A DNA stretch of 55,218 nt from Chiloscyllium plagiosum (Eukaryota): contig NC_057759.1 in the NCBI RefSeq assembly GCF_004010195.1, forward strand, positions 662,236 to 717,453, given 5' to 3'. Each line of letters opens with the position of its first letter. The first letter of the stretch is position 1. The notes below the pieces were generated by a model. It ran no database searches. It was not told the origin of the DNA and worked only from the letters and a program-made list of their open reading frames with translations. This document shows, piece after piece, positions 37,065-50,268 of this stretch. The position numbers and the translations under genes are program-made.

Positions 37065-37910
37065 AGGGCCAAAACTGGTGGCATAGTGGACAGAGAAGAA
37101 CATTATCTAAGAGTACAATGGAAATTTGATCATGAAGTTTAATTTAGCCGAAAGTGCGGTGTTATGCAGGATTTATGCAGTTAATATTACAACTCTGGGG
37201 AGTTTTGCCGAACAAAGAGACCTAGGGGTGCACATTCATATTTCCTTAAATGTGGCTTTGCAGCGAGACACGGTGGTAAAGAAGGCGTTTGGCATTCTTG
37301 CCTTCATTATTCAAAGCATTGACGACAGGAGTTGGGGCATCATCGTACAGCTGCACAGGATGTTGGTGAGGCCACTTTTAGATTACTGGTTATGGTCAGC
37401 CTGCTCTGAAAAGGGTGTTGTTAAGCTAGAAAGGGGACAAAAAGATTTACAAAGATGTTACCAAGACTGGAGGTTTGAAGTTATAAGGGAAAACTGCAGA
37501 ATCTGGGATCCTTTCTCCCTTGGAGCGTCGGAGGCTGAGGGGTTACCTTACAGAGGTTTATAAAATCACGAGGGGCAGAGATAAGGTAAATAGCTATAGT
37601 CTTTTCCACAGGGTAGGGGAGCCCAAAGCTCGTGAGCACAGGTTTAAGGTGAGAGAGGAAGGATCAAAAAGAGACCTGAGAGACAAACTTATCACACAGA
37701 TGGCAATGTGTACATGAAATGAGCTGCCAAAGGAAGTTTTAGAGGTAGGTACAATTACAAAGTTTAAAAGATATTGGGGAAGGTACATAGATAGGGAAGT
37801 TTTAAAGAAATATTCGTCAAATGCAGACGAACGGTTCGAGGTGAGTTTGGGAAACGTGGTCAACATGGACGAGTTGGACCGAAGGGCATGTTTTGCATTG
37901 TATGACTATA
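37065..37910 (+). mobile_element. CR1 RT C-terminus and 3' UTR
   Basis: EQRDLGVHIH, VVKKAFGILAFI, ERRRLRGYLTEVYKI; tail gtatgactat. Confidence 0.9.
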
Positions 37911-38464
37911 CAAATAGATGAGAATAACAAACTTTACTTGTAANNNNNNNNNNNNNNNNNNNNNNNNNNNNNNNNNNNNNNNNNNNNNNNNNNNNNNNNN
38001 NNNNNNNNNNNNNNNNNNNNNNNNNNNNNNNNNNNNNNNNNNNNNNNNNNNNNNNNNNNNNNNNNNNNNNNNNNNNNNNNNNNNNNNNNNNNNNNNNNNN
38101 NNNNNNNNNNNNNNNNNNNNNNNNNNNNNNNNNNNNNNNNNNNNNNNNNNNNNNNNNNNNNNNNNNNNNNNNNNNNNNNNNNNNNNNNNNNNNNNNNNNN
38201 NNNNNNNNNNNNNNNNNNNNNNNNNNNNNNNNNNNNNNNNNNNNNNNNNNNNNNNNNNNNNNNNNNNNNNNNNNNNNNNNNNNNNNNNNNNNNNNNNNNC
38301 ACATCTGCCACCACAAAATTCAAATTCCCGACCTCAGGGTATACCCTGGGGAGCAATAAACATAGAATTTTGCTTCCACATTATTTCAAAAACGGAAAGT
38401 GAACCTTATCAAAATTGAGATCGGAATAAATTGCCCCACACTATTGAGCTAAACATTGATGTCG

Positions 38465-38961
38465 CCAGAACCCATATAGTGTGGAAAGGGGCCATTCATC
38501 CATCTTGTCTGCACTACGTCTTTTCAACAGGATCCTACCCAGATCCCGACCAGGATTGTGCTCCGATGCCCATAACCCTGCATTAACCGTGGCCAATCTC
38601 CCTAACTTGCACATCATAGAATCCTTCAGTGTGGAAGCAGCCCTTTCGGCCCGTCGAGTCCACACTGACCCTCTGAGTAGCATCCGACACAGATCCTCCG
38701 GCCCTACTCTATTTCTGTACACTGCATTTCCCATGGCTAACCCTCCTCACCTGCATATCCCTCACAATATGGACAATTTAGCATGGCGAATCCACCTAAT
38801 CTGCACATCTTTGGACTGCAGAGGAAATTGGAGCAGCGGGGAAAACCCACACAGAGAAGGGGAGAACGTGCAAACTCCACAAAGTCACATGAGGCTGGAA
38901 TATTACGTGGGTCCCTGGCGCTGTGAGGGAGCAATGCTAATCACTGAGCCACTGTGGTGCC
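38465..38961 (-). mobile_element. HE1-type SINE (38617-38961) abutting a second, truncated HE1 3' part (38465-38616)
   Basis: atctttggactgcagaggaaa...ggagaacgtgcaaactccaca...ctggcgctgtgagggagcaatgctaatcactgagccac; the agtgtggaa...ggcc tail occurs twice. Confidence 0.85.
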
Positions 38962-39329
38962 CCATGATTTTGCCTCTGGCCATGTCGGGGTTGGTTAGTT
39001 CAATGTATAGTTACACTGACAGCATGTGGTTCAATTGTTGTTCTGTTTGAGATTGCTGTGAATGATCATTCCTGTGCCTCAGATGTGGTGACCCTCAGGT
39101 TAAACCATAAAATTGCCGCTTTTTCTGTCTTTCTCCCCCACACCTCTCTCCCCCTCTCTCTAACGAGACAATGGTGACTTTACATTAACCACCAGCTAAA
39201 AACATAACTTTGCTGATTAAAAATTAACTGCACTCTTTTTCACTGCAAAATAACTTATGTGTTTCCTTCCTGACGCACTATCAGAGTGAGCTGTAAATAA
39301 TATACATTTTACTGATGGTATATATCTCA

Positions 39330-40575
39330 ATGAACGAGGAGAGGGTGCACAGAGAGATTTAATAGCATATTGCTTTGGGGGGTTGGAGAGTTTCAGTTAC
39401 GGAGAGAGATCAGACTGACTGCTCTGGTTGTCCTTATAGCAGAGTAGATTGAAAGAGAGGAATGTATAAAATGATGAGGAGCATAGTTAGGGTAGACAGG
39501 ATGAAACCTTCCCCTCTTGATCGAGGGATCAATAAGGGGGAAGAGGAACCTATAATGAAGGTAAGGACCAAGAAGTCTCGAGGGGATGTGAGGAAAATCT
39601 TGTTCACCCAGAGTATGGTGTGAAATCTGGAACTCACTGCCTGTAAGAGTAGGAGAGGCAGAAACCCTCATCACATTGAAGGAGGATTTAGATGTGCACT
39701 CATGACGACAAGACAATTGGTCAACTGCTGTGGCAAAGGAATTAGAGAATAGTGAGGCTATTTTTCTGGCTGGCACAGACTCGGTAGGCGGTCAGGCCTT
39801 TTTCTGGGCTATAGACCTCTCCAACACAGTGACTAACTCACTTCGGATTGTGTATTCTATCTAAATACTGGCTAAACGTAAAGTGATTTTCATGTTCAGA
39901 GATGAGAGATTTGTCTTCAGAAGAGACATTGAGCAATTACTCCGATACCCTCTGAAGTTCAGAACAAAGAGAGATCTAAGTGATGGATGTAAGATACTAG
40001 AGGGGATGGTATTGACAGAGGAAACAGAGAGAGGATGTTTCCTCATGTAGGTCAATGTAGAACAAGACGGTCATCGTTTCAAGAGAAGGTGATGGGACAG
40101 AATGATAACAGAGACGGGGAGGAATGACTTCTTTCATGGATGTAAGATACTAGAGGGGATGGTATTGACAGAGGAAACGGAGAGAGGATGTTTCCTCATG
40201 TAGGTCAATGTAGAACAGGACGGTCATCGTTTCAAAAGAAAGTGATGGGACAGAATGATAACAGAGATGGGGAGGAATGACTTCTTTCAAAGGGAGAGAG
40301 GTTGTGAATCTGTGGGAATTCACCACACTCCACCCACCCACATCCCACCCCACACCCCACCACCCGTGAGTGGGGCATAACAGGATACCGAGTAAATTAG
40401 GGGGGTGACAGATAGATTTTTAATCAGTGAGTGGTTAAAGAGAGGCGAGTCAGAAAGTGGAATTGAGGCTGTGATGAGCTAAGCCACAGCCGTATAGTAT
40501 GGGGGGTGGGGGTGGGGTGGTGGGGTGGGAGTAGTGCGGCTGCAGGCTCCTGAAGTCTCCTAGCCCGTATGTTGT
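39330..40575 (+). mobile_element. Two old CR1 3' fragments
   Basis: gatgtgaggaaaatcttgttcacccagag...tggaactcactgcctg; gagagaggttgtgaatctgtgggaattc. Confidence 0.7.
39983..40288 (+). repeat. 153-bp tandem duplication inside a CR1 relic
   Basis: atggatgtaagatactagagggg begins at 39983 and at 40136. Confidence 0.92.
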
Positions 40576-40699
40576 ATTGTCATCAAGCTGTCAGAACACA
40601 TTTTACTGTGGATAGCTCATAGTACATGCTCAGGAATCCCCGAATCTGAAGGGCCAAATGGTACAGTGCATTACAGGCTATTAGTTACTTAATAACCAA

Positions 40700-41595
40700 G
40701 ACCATAAGAAATACCAGCCACTCAGTCCATCAAGTCTGCTCCGCCATTCCATCATGGCTGATATGAATTAACCACATTCTTTTGCTTTCTACCTGAAAGA
40801 CTTGACCCCTTACTGATCAAAAACCTAACTGTCTCTGGCTTAATGACGTTTAATAACAACCCTCTGTGATAGTGAGTCCCACAGATTCCCCGCCCTCTAG
40901 CTGTAGAAATTCCTCCTCATCTCAGTTCAAAGGATCGTCCTTTCAGTCTGACACTGTGCCCTCGGATCCTAATCTCTCATCCTCGTGGAAACATGTTCTC
41001 CATGTGCACTATGTCTTGTCCACTCAGAATTGTCCAAGCTTCAAATAGATTCTCCCTCATTCTTCTGAACTCCATCGGCTCTAGATACAGAGTCATCAAT
41101 CTCTTCTATAGTGACAAGTTCTTCATTCCCGGGATCTTTCTTGCAAACCACCTCTGAACTCCCTTCAGGTTCAGCTCATCCTTCCTTAGACATGCTGCCT
41201 AAAACTGCTCACAATGTTCAAAATGTGCTCTGATCAGAGCCTTATGCAGCCTCAGCAGTACATGTCTGCTCTTGTATTGTAATCATCTCGAAATGAATGC
41301 TAACATTACATTTGCCTTCATAACTGCCAACTGAACCTGCCTGTTAACCTGAAGAGACACTTGAACTCGGACACCCAAGTCCCTTTGTGCTTCAGATTTC
41401 CGAAACCCTTCCCGATTTAGAAAACATTCTCCATCTCTATTCTCCCCACTAAAGTACATTATCTCCCAATTTCCCACATTATATGCTATTTGCCATTTCC
41501 TTGTCCACTCTCCTCGCCTGTGCAAATCCTTCTGCTGCCTTCCCCACTTCCTCAACACGTTTTGTCCTTCCACCTATTTTTGTGTCATGCAAGAA
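40700..41595 (-). mobile_element. CR1 RT C-terminus and 3' UTR
   Basis: SEAQRDLGVRVQVSL...KANVMLAFISR; tail accataagaaata. Confidence 0.88.
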
Positions 41596-42159
41596 ACACT
41601 CAGAACAATGAAATGGCAAAGCTCCCAGTGTGAACGACGCTAGACCAAGGCTTTTGTCACGGCGACAAAGGCTAGAAGGGGCCACTTTCAGGCATTAAGA
41701 TATTGGGGCAATTACAAGATTCATGTTTCAGGGTCAAATGTTTAAGTGTTCCCTCAAAACAAGATGAAGGATATAGCAATTTACCATCAATGTAACCTTC
41801 CCTCTTCTAATTGCCCTGCTGTTAATTTCGTTGACATAATTGGATTATGACGAAGATTTAGATGCATTTCAAACATTATTGGTTATTAATAAATTTGAAT
41901 GATGTAAAAAGTTTCGAAACTCTTGGGCAGATCTTCGCTCCATGCTATAAGCAAGGGAAACACCAGCGATGTTTTAAACTGGCTGGGTTCTTTGAGGGTT
42001 GAAATAAACTAGAGAAAACCTCCACTTCCGCTGCGCCAGAAATGTTATAAAAATATATATACTGTATCCTTTACCAGCGTTTCCTGGCTTTGCGATTGTC
42101 ACGACCGAGTACACCAAACTGCCATCCATTTTTGAGTCATCAGTAAATCGAGAAACAAT

Positions 42160-43738
42160 AAGCAAAGGAGAATATTGCAGAAAAGAATGAGATATGGGAT
42201 ATTAGACTAGAAATGATCGAGGTTAGTAAGGAGGAGGTGTTATTAATTTTAGAAGAACTGGAAATATACATGCCCCCTGTGCTGAATGGGATTTATCTGA
42301 TGATTCTCTGGGAAGGTAGGGAGGAGATATTGGAATCTTTGGCCTTGATCTTTGAGTCGTCATTGTCTACAGGTTCAGCACAACAAGACTGGAGGATTGC
42401 AAATGTTGTGCCAATGTTCAAGGAAGGCAGTAGATATGTCCCAAGAAATAATAAACCAGTGAGCCTGACTTCTGTTGAAGGAAACGTTTTAGAAAGGTTC
42501 ATAAGAGGTATTATTTATAAAAACCAACCAGCAACAATTTTTTTGCAGTTGGTGAACATGGTTTCATCAGAGGTTTTTGAGAAGGTAACCAAGCATGTGG
42601 ATAAGGGTAGAGCAGTTGACGTGGCGTACATGGAGTCCAGTAAAACCTTTGAGAAGATTCCACGTGGAATGCTGTTGGAGAAAATGCAGAGGTATGGAAT
42701 TAAGGGTGATTTAGCAGTTTGGTTATAAACTGGCTTTCTGTAAGAAGGCAGCGAGTGGTGACTGATAGAAAATATTCAGTCTGGAGTGCAGTTACCCTTG
42801 GTGTGCCACAAGGATCTGCTTTGGGACCACTGCTGTTTGTCATTTTTAGGTAAAATTAGATGGGTTAGTAAGTTTGCCGATGACACTAAAGTCGGTGGAG
42901 TAGTGGACAATGTGGAAGAATGTTACAGGTTGCAGGGGGATTTGGATAAACAGTAGAATTGGGCTGAGAAATGGTAAATGGAGATCAATGCAGATAAATG
43001 TAAGGTGATTCACTTTGGATAGAATAACAGGAAGGAAGAATACTGGGTCAATGAAAAGATTCTTGTTAGTTTGGATCTGGAGAAGGATCTTGGAGTCCAT
43101 GTACATAGATCCCTGAAAGTTGCTACCCAAGTTAAGAAGGCACACGATGTGTTAGGTTTTATTGGTAGAGGGATTGAGTTCCGGAGTCGCAATATCATGC
43201 TGCAACTATACAAAATGCTAGTGTGGCCGCACTTTGAATATTGTGTACAGGTCTGGTGGCCCCATTAAAGAAAGGATGATTTACCAGGATGTTGCCTGGT
43301 CTGGAGGGAAGTTCTTATGAGGAAAGGCTGAGACACTTGGTTCTGTTCTCATTGAGGAGAGGAAGATTAAGAGGGTATTTGATAGAGACATACAAGATGA
43401 TCAGAGGATTAGATAGGGTAGGCAGTGAAAGTCTTTTTCCAGGGATGATGACGTCAGTTTGTACAAGGGGCAAAGCTACAAATTGAGGGATGATAGATTT
43501 AAGACAGATTCAGAGGCAGGTTCTTTATTCAGAGAGTGGTAAGAGTGTGGAATGCCATGCCTATCAATGTAGTTACCTCAGCCACATTAGGAACAAATAA
43601 ACAATTCTTGGATAAGCACAAGGATGACGAATGAATAGTGTAGGGGGGTGGGCTTAAATTAGATCACAGATCAGCCCAACATCGAGGCCGAAGGGCCTGT
43701 CCTGCACTGTATTGTTCTGTGTTCTAGGTTCTAGGTTC
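42160..43738 (+). mobile_element. 5'-truncated CR1 LINE (RT and 3' UTR)
   Basis: DWRIANVVPMFK, GVPQGS, SKFADDTKVGG, EKDLGVHVHRSLKV; tail tgttctgtgttctaggttctaggttc. Confidence 0.93.
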
Positions 43739-44084
43739 AAAGAGAATCAAAGGGTGAGAGAACAGAATATTAAAACAACAGTAAACGACGCCTCAAAGTT
43801 GTATACAGGGTGATGATTGAAGTCAAAGAGCCAACACAACAGGAAAATAAACCGAAGCTCTTGGCTACATATTGACCTTTTTTTTAATATAGCAGTTAAT
43901 GGGCCAGGGGACTCAATAGTATTGAAGGGCATTTTTCACGTACATTTGTCCTAATGTTTGCGCCTACCCTACCAGAACAAGCTCACATTGGGGAGGTGGA
44001 GGGCCTCAGGAAATTTACATTTTTAAAATTATTATTCACTCATGGCACGCAGGTACCCACCCTCCTCCTCTAACCTAACTTCAA

Positions 44085-47000
44085 AGTCCACAAACTTAAC
44101 CCAAAAAGAGAGTCCAGTGACGTTCCTGTTGAGAGAAGAGAGAGTCTTTAGCTCAGGAGTCTTTGACAAGGAGGTTGAGTGAAGTGATTACGCCACAGTT
44201 GAAGAGGGTGAAGACATGACTGCCAAGCTGGTTCAGTGTGCTACGTGCATGATGTGGGAGGTCAACGACTCTGCTGTGTCTGGCTCGTATAAGTGTGGAA
44301 AGTGTGTCACGTTCAGCTACTCAGAGAGCATATTGCAGCACTGATGAAAGAACTCGAGGACCTTAGGCTCATCCGAGAGAACGAGATCTTTCTGGACAGG
44401 ACCTTCAGCGCGATTAATATACCAACCATACCAGAAGAGAGCAGAAGAGAGAAGACGATGAGGAAGGCAGAGAGGAGACAGGTGCATGAGACCCCGGGAG
44501 AAGTACCTGTCAAGAACAAGTTGAATCTTTTGGAAACAGTAGGGACAGATGACACTGCCAGTCCACAAGACGGTCAGGTCTGTCAATCAAAAGTTGGCGT
44601 GGAGGCAGAGCCTAGGAGTCAGACATCGCACAGAGCAGTGGTGATAGGGGACTCCATAGTGAGAGGAACTGAACGGGGTTTCTGTGCCAACAGGCGGGAT
44701 TTAAGGATGGTGTGTTGTCTTCCTGGTGCCAGGATTAAGGACATCGCAGACAGAGTGCAGGAAATCCTCAAGGGCGAAGGTGAAGAGCCAGAACTGGTGG
44801 TACATATCGGCACAAATGATGTCGGGAAGAAGAGGAGGAACATACTACAGCGGGACTTCGGAGAACTAGGAAGAAGGCTGAAAAGCAGGACATCCAGAGT
44901 GTTTATCGCCAGTTTACTTCCAGTTCCTTGGGCTGTAGAGGGCCAGGAACAGGGAGATAATGGACTTGAATGTGTGGCTGGGGAACTGGTGCAAGAAGCA
45001 AAAATTTCAATTCTTGTATCATTGGGGTATGTTTAGTGGTAAGCATAAATTATACAAAAGAGACGGTTTGCACCTTAATAGATTGGGGACCAGCATTCTG
45101 GCAGGCAGGTTTGCTACTGCAACACAGCTGCATTTAAACTATGTAGCGGGAGGGAGGGGACAAACTGGATGTTTAAGAAGGAAATTGAAGGGAAAGTTAG
45201 AACAAGGGAAGTCAAGAAAGACAACTGTAACGATGAGGCAGAAAACTCGGAAAGGGATCAGCTATGATAATATGGGGATAACTGAGACGTGGATTCAAGT
45301 GGACAGGGCCTGGGAAATGAATATTCAAGGCTATATGTGCTATCGTAAGGACAGACTGATGGGCAGAGCGGGTGGGGTGGCCCTGTTGGTAAAGGATGAT
45401 ATTCAGTCCCTTGCACGGGGGGACCTAGACTCGGGGATGTAGAGTCAGTATGGATAGAGCTGAGAAATTCTAAGCGAAGGAAGACCCTCTTGGGAGTTTT
45501 CTGCAGGCCCCCAAATATTAGTATGGATGTAGGGTGAAAGTTGAATAAGGAACTGAAATTGGCCTTTCGCAAAGATGGTACTACAGGTTTTATGGGGGAT
45601 TTCGACATGCAGGTAGACTGGGAGAATCAGGATGGCATTGGACCTAAAGAAAGAGACTTTGTGGAGTGCCTCCGAGATGTATTCTTAGAACAGCTGGTGG
45701 TGAAGCCTACCCGGGAGAAGGCAATTCTGGATCTGGTATCGTGCAATGAACCAGAATTGATCAGGAACCTCGAAGTAAAGGAGCCATTGGGAGGTAGTGA
45801 TCATAATACAATAAGCTTCAACCTGCAATTTGAAAAGGAGAGGGTACAATCGATAGTGACAATATTTCAGTTGAATAAAGGGAACTATGGAGCTATGAGG
45901 GAGGAGCTGGCCAAAGTTCAATGGTGCAATGCCTTAGCAGGGATAACAGCGGAGGAACAATGGCAGATATTTCTGGGTATAATGCAGAAAATGCAGGATC
46001 AGTTCATTCCAAAAAAGAAGAATGATCCTATGAGGAAGCAGGGCTGGCCGTGGCTGACGAGGGAAGTTTAGAAACATGTAAAGTCAAAAGAGAAAAAGTA
46101 TAACATAGCAAAGATGAGTGGGAAAACGGAGGACTGGGAAGCTTTTAAAGAACAACAGGGGATTACTAAGAAGGAAATACTCAGAGGAAAAATGAGGTAC
46201 GAATGTAACTTGGCCAAAAATATAAAGGAGGATGGTAAAAGATTTTTTAGGTATAGTGAAAAAATGATTAAGACTAAAATTGGACCCTTGAAGAGAGAAA
46301 CGGGGAATATATTACATGAACAAAGAAATGGCAGAAGAGTTGAATTGGTACTTCCGATCTGTGTTCTCTGGAGAAGACACAAGCAATCTCCCAGAGGTAA
46401 CAGTGGCTGAAGGACCTGAACTGAAGGGAATTTATATTTGCCAGGAATTGGTGTTGGAGAGACTGTTAGGTCTGAAGGCTGATAAGTCCCCNNNNNNNNN
46501 NNNNNNNNNNNNNNNNNNNNNNNNNNNNNNNNNNNNNNNNNNNNNNNNNNNNNNNNNNNNNNNNNNNNNNNNNNNNNNNNNNNNNNNNNNNNNNNNNNNN
46601 NNNNNNNNNNNNNNNNNNNNNNNNNNNNNNNNNNNNNNNNNNNNNNNNNNNNNNNNNNNNNNNNNNNNNNNNNNNNNNNNNNNNNNNNNNNNNNNNNNNN
46701 NNNNNNNNNNNNNNNNNNNNNNNNNNNNNNNNNNNNNNNNNNNNNNNNNNNNNNNNNNNNNNNNNNNNNNNNNNNNNNNNNNNNNNNNNNNNNNNNNNNN
46801 NNNNNNNNNNNNNNNNNNNNNNNNNNNNNNNNNNNNNNNNNNNNNNNNNNNNNNNNNNNNNNNNNNNNNNNNNNNNNNNNNNNNNNNNNNNNNNNNNNNN
46901 NNNNNNNNNNNNNNNNNNNNNNNNNNNNNNNNNNNNNNNNNNNNNNNNNNNNNNNNNNNNNNNNNNNNNNNNNNNNNNNNNNNNNNNNNNNNNNNNNNNN

Positions 47001-47772
47001 NNNNNNNNNNNNNNNNNNNNNNNNNNNNNNNNNNNNNNNNNNNNNNNNNNNNNNNNNNNNNNNNNNNNNNNNNNNNNNNNNNNNNNNNNNNNNNNNNNNN
47101 NNNNNNNNNNNNNNNNNNNNNNNNNNNNNNNNNNNNNNNNNNNNNNNNNNNNNNNNNNNNNNNNNNNNNNNNNNNNNNNNNNNNNNNNNNNNNNNNNNNN
47201 NNNNNNNNNNNNNNNNNNNNNNNNNNNNNNNNNNNNNNNNNNNNNNNNNNNNNNNNNNNNNNNNNNNNNNNNNNNNNNNNNNNNNNNNNNNNNNNNNNNN
47301 NNNNNNNNNNNNNNNNNNNNNNNNNNNNNNNNNNNNTGGAGCGACTGGGCTTGTATACCCTTGAGTTTAGAAGACTGAGAGGGGATCTGATTGAGACATA
47401 TAAGATTATTAAAGGATTGGACACTCTGGAGGCAGAAACATGTTTCCGCTGATGGGTGAGTCCCGAACCAGAGGCCACAGCTTAAAAATACGGGGTAGGC
47501 CGTTTAGGACAGAGATGAGGAGAAACCTCTTCACCCAGAGAGTGGTGGGTGTGTGGAATGCTCTGCCCCAGAAGGCAGTGGAGGCCCAGACTCTGGATTC
47601 GTTTAAGAAAGAGTTGGATAGAGCTCTCAAGGATAGTGGAATCAAGGGTTATGGAGATAAGGAAGGAACAGGATACTGATTAAGGATGATCAGCCATCAT
47701 CATAATGAATGGTGGTGCAGGCTCGAATAGCAGAATAGCCTACTGCTGCACCTATTGTCTATAGTCTATTGT
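44085..47772 (+). mobile_element. Near-full-length CR1 LINE: ORF1 (zinc finger, zipper, SGNH esterase), ORF2 (AP endonuclease; RT mostly in gap), 3' UTR; frameshifted
   Basis: ATG at 44216 gives MTAKLVQCATC...YKCGKC, then LLREHIAALMKELEDL, VVIGDSIVRG, VVHIGTND and RDGLHLN; ORF2 has GITETW, MGDFD, ILDLV and GGSDHN; tail ctattgtctatagtctattgt. Confidence 0.95.
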
Positions 47773-47774
47773 AC

Positions 47775-48203
47775 TGCTGACTGGGCCCAGCAGTTCTCAC
47801 CAACTCATCCCTAATTGCCCCCTTGAGATGGTGGTGGTGAACTGCCTTCTTGAACTGCTACAGTCTTTATGCTGTCGGTAACCCACAATGCCGTTTCGAA
47901 GAATTTGAAATTGCAGAAGGTGGGTGCTCCATATATCTACTGCCCGTGTTCTTCAAGATCAAAGTGATTGTGCGTTTGGAAGATGTTGTTTAAGGATCTT
48001 TGGTGAATTCTTGCAGTGCATCCTGTCGGTGATACACACTGCTGCTACTCATCATTGGTTGTGGAGAAAGTCGATGCTTGTGGATGTCGTGTCAATAACC
48101 AGGCCTGCTTTGTCCCTGGATGATATTGAGCTTCTCAAATATTGTTGGAGCTGTGGCCATCCAGGCAAATGGGAGTATTCCCTCACACTACTGACTTGTA
48201 ACT
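47775..48203 (-). mobile_element. 3' region of the L2/CR1-group LINE
   Basis: catccctaattgcccccttgagatggtggtggtgaactgccttcttgaac...gagtattccctcacactactgacttg. Confidence 0.75.
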
Positions 48204-49094
48204 GAGAAACTATGAAACCCCGACGAACCAATCTTGTTCTGTCGTCCTCAGATGGAGCCCAGGGATTATCCTACAAATCACAATTTGAGCCATATCCATC
48301 GCACACAGCCTTCCTCAGATATATGGAAAGCCTTTGAATTTCTGCTATTTAATAATAATTCTCAGTGTGCGCCCAAAGCAGGTTTATAGATTCAAGTAAC
48401 AGATCAGCCATTGAATGCTGGCTAAAGGGGCTGCATGGCCTCCTTCTGCTCCTTTATACGATTATTCCACATTAATAAATCATCAAACCCCCTGTAGTTG
48501 CAAAGTGGCATTTGCACACACCGGAGCAATGCATGATTTGAAATACAAATTGAAAGTCCAAATATTTTATTTTTACTCGTTGCAGATCCCTGCCNNNNNN
48601 NNNNNNNNNNNNNNNNNNNNNNNNNNNNNNNNNNNNNNNNNNNNNNNNNNNNNNNNNNNNNNNNNNNNNNNNNNNNNNNNNNNNNNNNNNNNNNNNNNNN
48701 NNNNNNNNNNNNNNNNNNNNNNNNNNNNNNNNNNNNNNNNNNNNNNNNNNNNNNNNNNNNNNNNNNNNNNNNNNNNNNNNNNNNNNNNNNNNNNNNNNNN
48801 NNNNNNNNNNNNNNNNNNNNNNNNNNNNNNNNNNNNNNNNNNNNNNNNNNNNNNNNNNNNNNNNNNNNNNNNNNNNNNNNNNNNNNNNNNNNNNNNNNNN
48901 NNNNNNNNNNNNNNNNNNNNNNNNNNNNNNNNNNNNNNNNNNNNNNNNNNNNNNNNNNNNNNNNNNNNNNNNNNNNNNNNNNNNNNNNNNNNNNNNNNNN
49001 NNNNNNNNNNNNNNNNNNNNNNNNNNNNNNNNNNNNNNNNNNNNNNNNNNNNNNNNNNNNNNNNNNNNNNNNNNNNNNNNNNNNNNNNNNNNNN

Positions 49095-49731
49095 CTTCCT
49101 CTTTTTGCAGTTCTGGTGTGCTGTTTCATTTGATGTTTCTTCCCTGCCAATATACCCTTTGAGCAAATTCACATGACACACTGTGAGATTTCTTTCTGTC
49201 CTTATGAAATACTTCACCTCACTCAATTTCCTTTTGACTTGATGATATCCACCAAACCTTGCTTTGGAAGGTTCACCAGTCACTGAAAATCATACTAACA
49301 CTTTACCCTAATAGCAAACTTATGAGGTTTTTTTATTTCTTGTCTGCTTCCTGTTTTATTACATGCTGTTATGCTTTCAAAAGCTATCCAGCCAACTCCC
49401 CAGCTCTATTTCATCGTTCTCAAAATAAAGGAAATAATTTCGATTCAGTTGGTGCATCTACGATCGTAAAAGGTACAAATGGAAATCCCTAATTCAAATC
49501 AGGAGAGTCTTAACAGTGGCCCTCAAAACGGTCTTTGAAGTCTCTTGCCAGCTTTCTCACCCTTTCTGCAACTCTGGATGGGACACAGTCGATTGATTTA
49601 CTTTTTATTGCTCAGCTATCCATAACTTCCTTGAATAATTTAAATGTGAAGTTTGACGCTTGGTCTGACTGCATCTCTGTGCATAGTGCTTAACAAGTGA
49701 AAAATTGAGCAAATCATCTGAAAATCTTTGC
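49095..49731 (-). mobile_element. Gypsy (Gmr1-like) LTR retrotransposon, integrase core and C-terminus
   Basis: Minus strand reads EMQSDQASNFTFKLFKEVMDS and ARFGGYHQVKRKLSEVKYFIRT...VCHVNLLKGY. Confidence 0.85.
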
Positions 49732-49734
49732 AAA

Positions 49735-50268
49735 CTTAGAACTCTGTTGGAAGTTGGAGAAGTGATTGCTGGGCCTCTTGTAGAGATAGTTGTATCATTG
49801 ATAGTCACAGGCGAGTGCTGGAAGACTGGAGGTTGGCTAACGTGGTACCACTGTTTATGAAAGATGGTAAGGACAAGACAGGGAACTATACACCAGTGAA
49901 CCTGACGTCGGTAGTGGGCAAGTTGTCAGAGGGAATCCTGAGGGACAGGATATACATCAATTTGGAAAGGAAAGGACAGATTATTGTGCATGGGAGGTCA
50001 TATCTCACAAACTTGATTGAGTTTCTTGAATCAATAACAAAGAACATTAATGAAGGCCGAGCGGTAGATGTGATTTATGTGGACTCCAGTAAGGTGTTCA
50101 ACAAGATTCCCCATGGAAGACTGATTAGCAAGGTTGGGTCTCATGGAATACATGGAGAACTAGCCAATTGGATGCAGAACTGGATCAAAGGTAGAACAAA
50201 GAGGGTGGTGGTGGAGGGTGGTTTTCCAGACTGGAGGCCTATGACCAGTGGAGTGCCAAAAGGATCCT
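49735..50268 (+). mobile_element. CR1 RT N-terminal part
   Basis: EDWRLANVVPLF...NYTPVNLTSVVGK...MTSGVPKGS. Confidence 0.92.

Noticed and set aside
36794..37084. 96-aa minus ORF with a signal-peptide-like start
   Set aside because: The ATG lies in a CR1 fragment and the hydrophobic start is the polypyrimidine tract; a different frame carries the more meaningful motifs.
41784..41960. Minus-strand segment with a good acceptor and donor
   Set aside because: All three frames contain stops, so it is at most a non-coding exon.
13082..49283. Long ORFs consisting mostly of X
   Set aside because: Artefacts of translating through the N-gaps (13102-13601, 28849-29348, 37944-38299, 46492-47336, 48595-49094).
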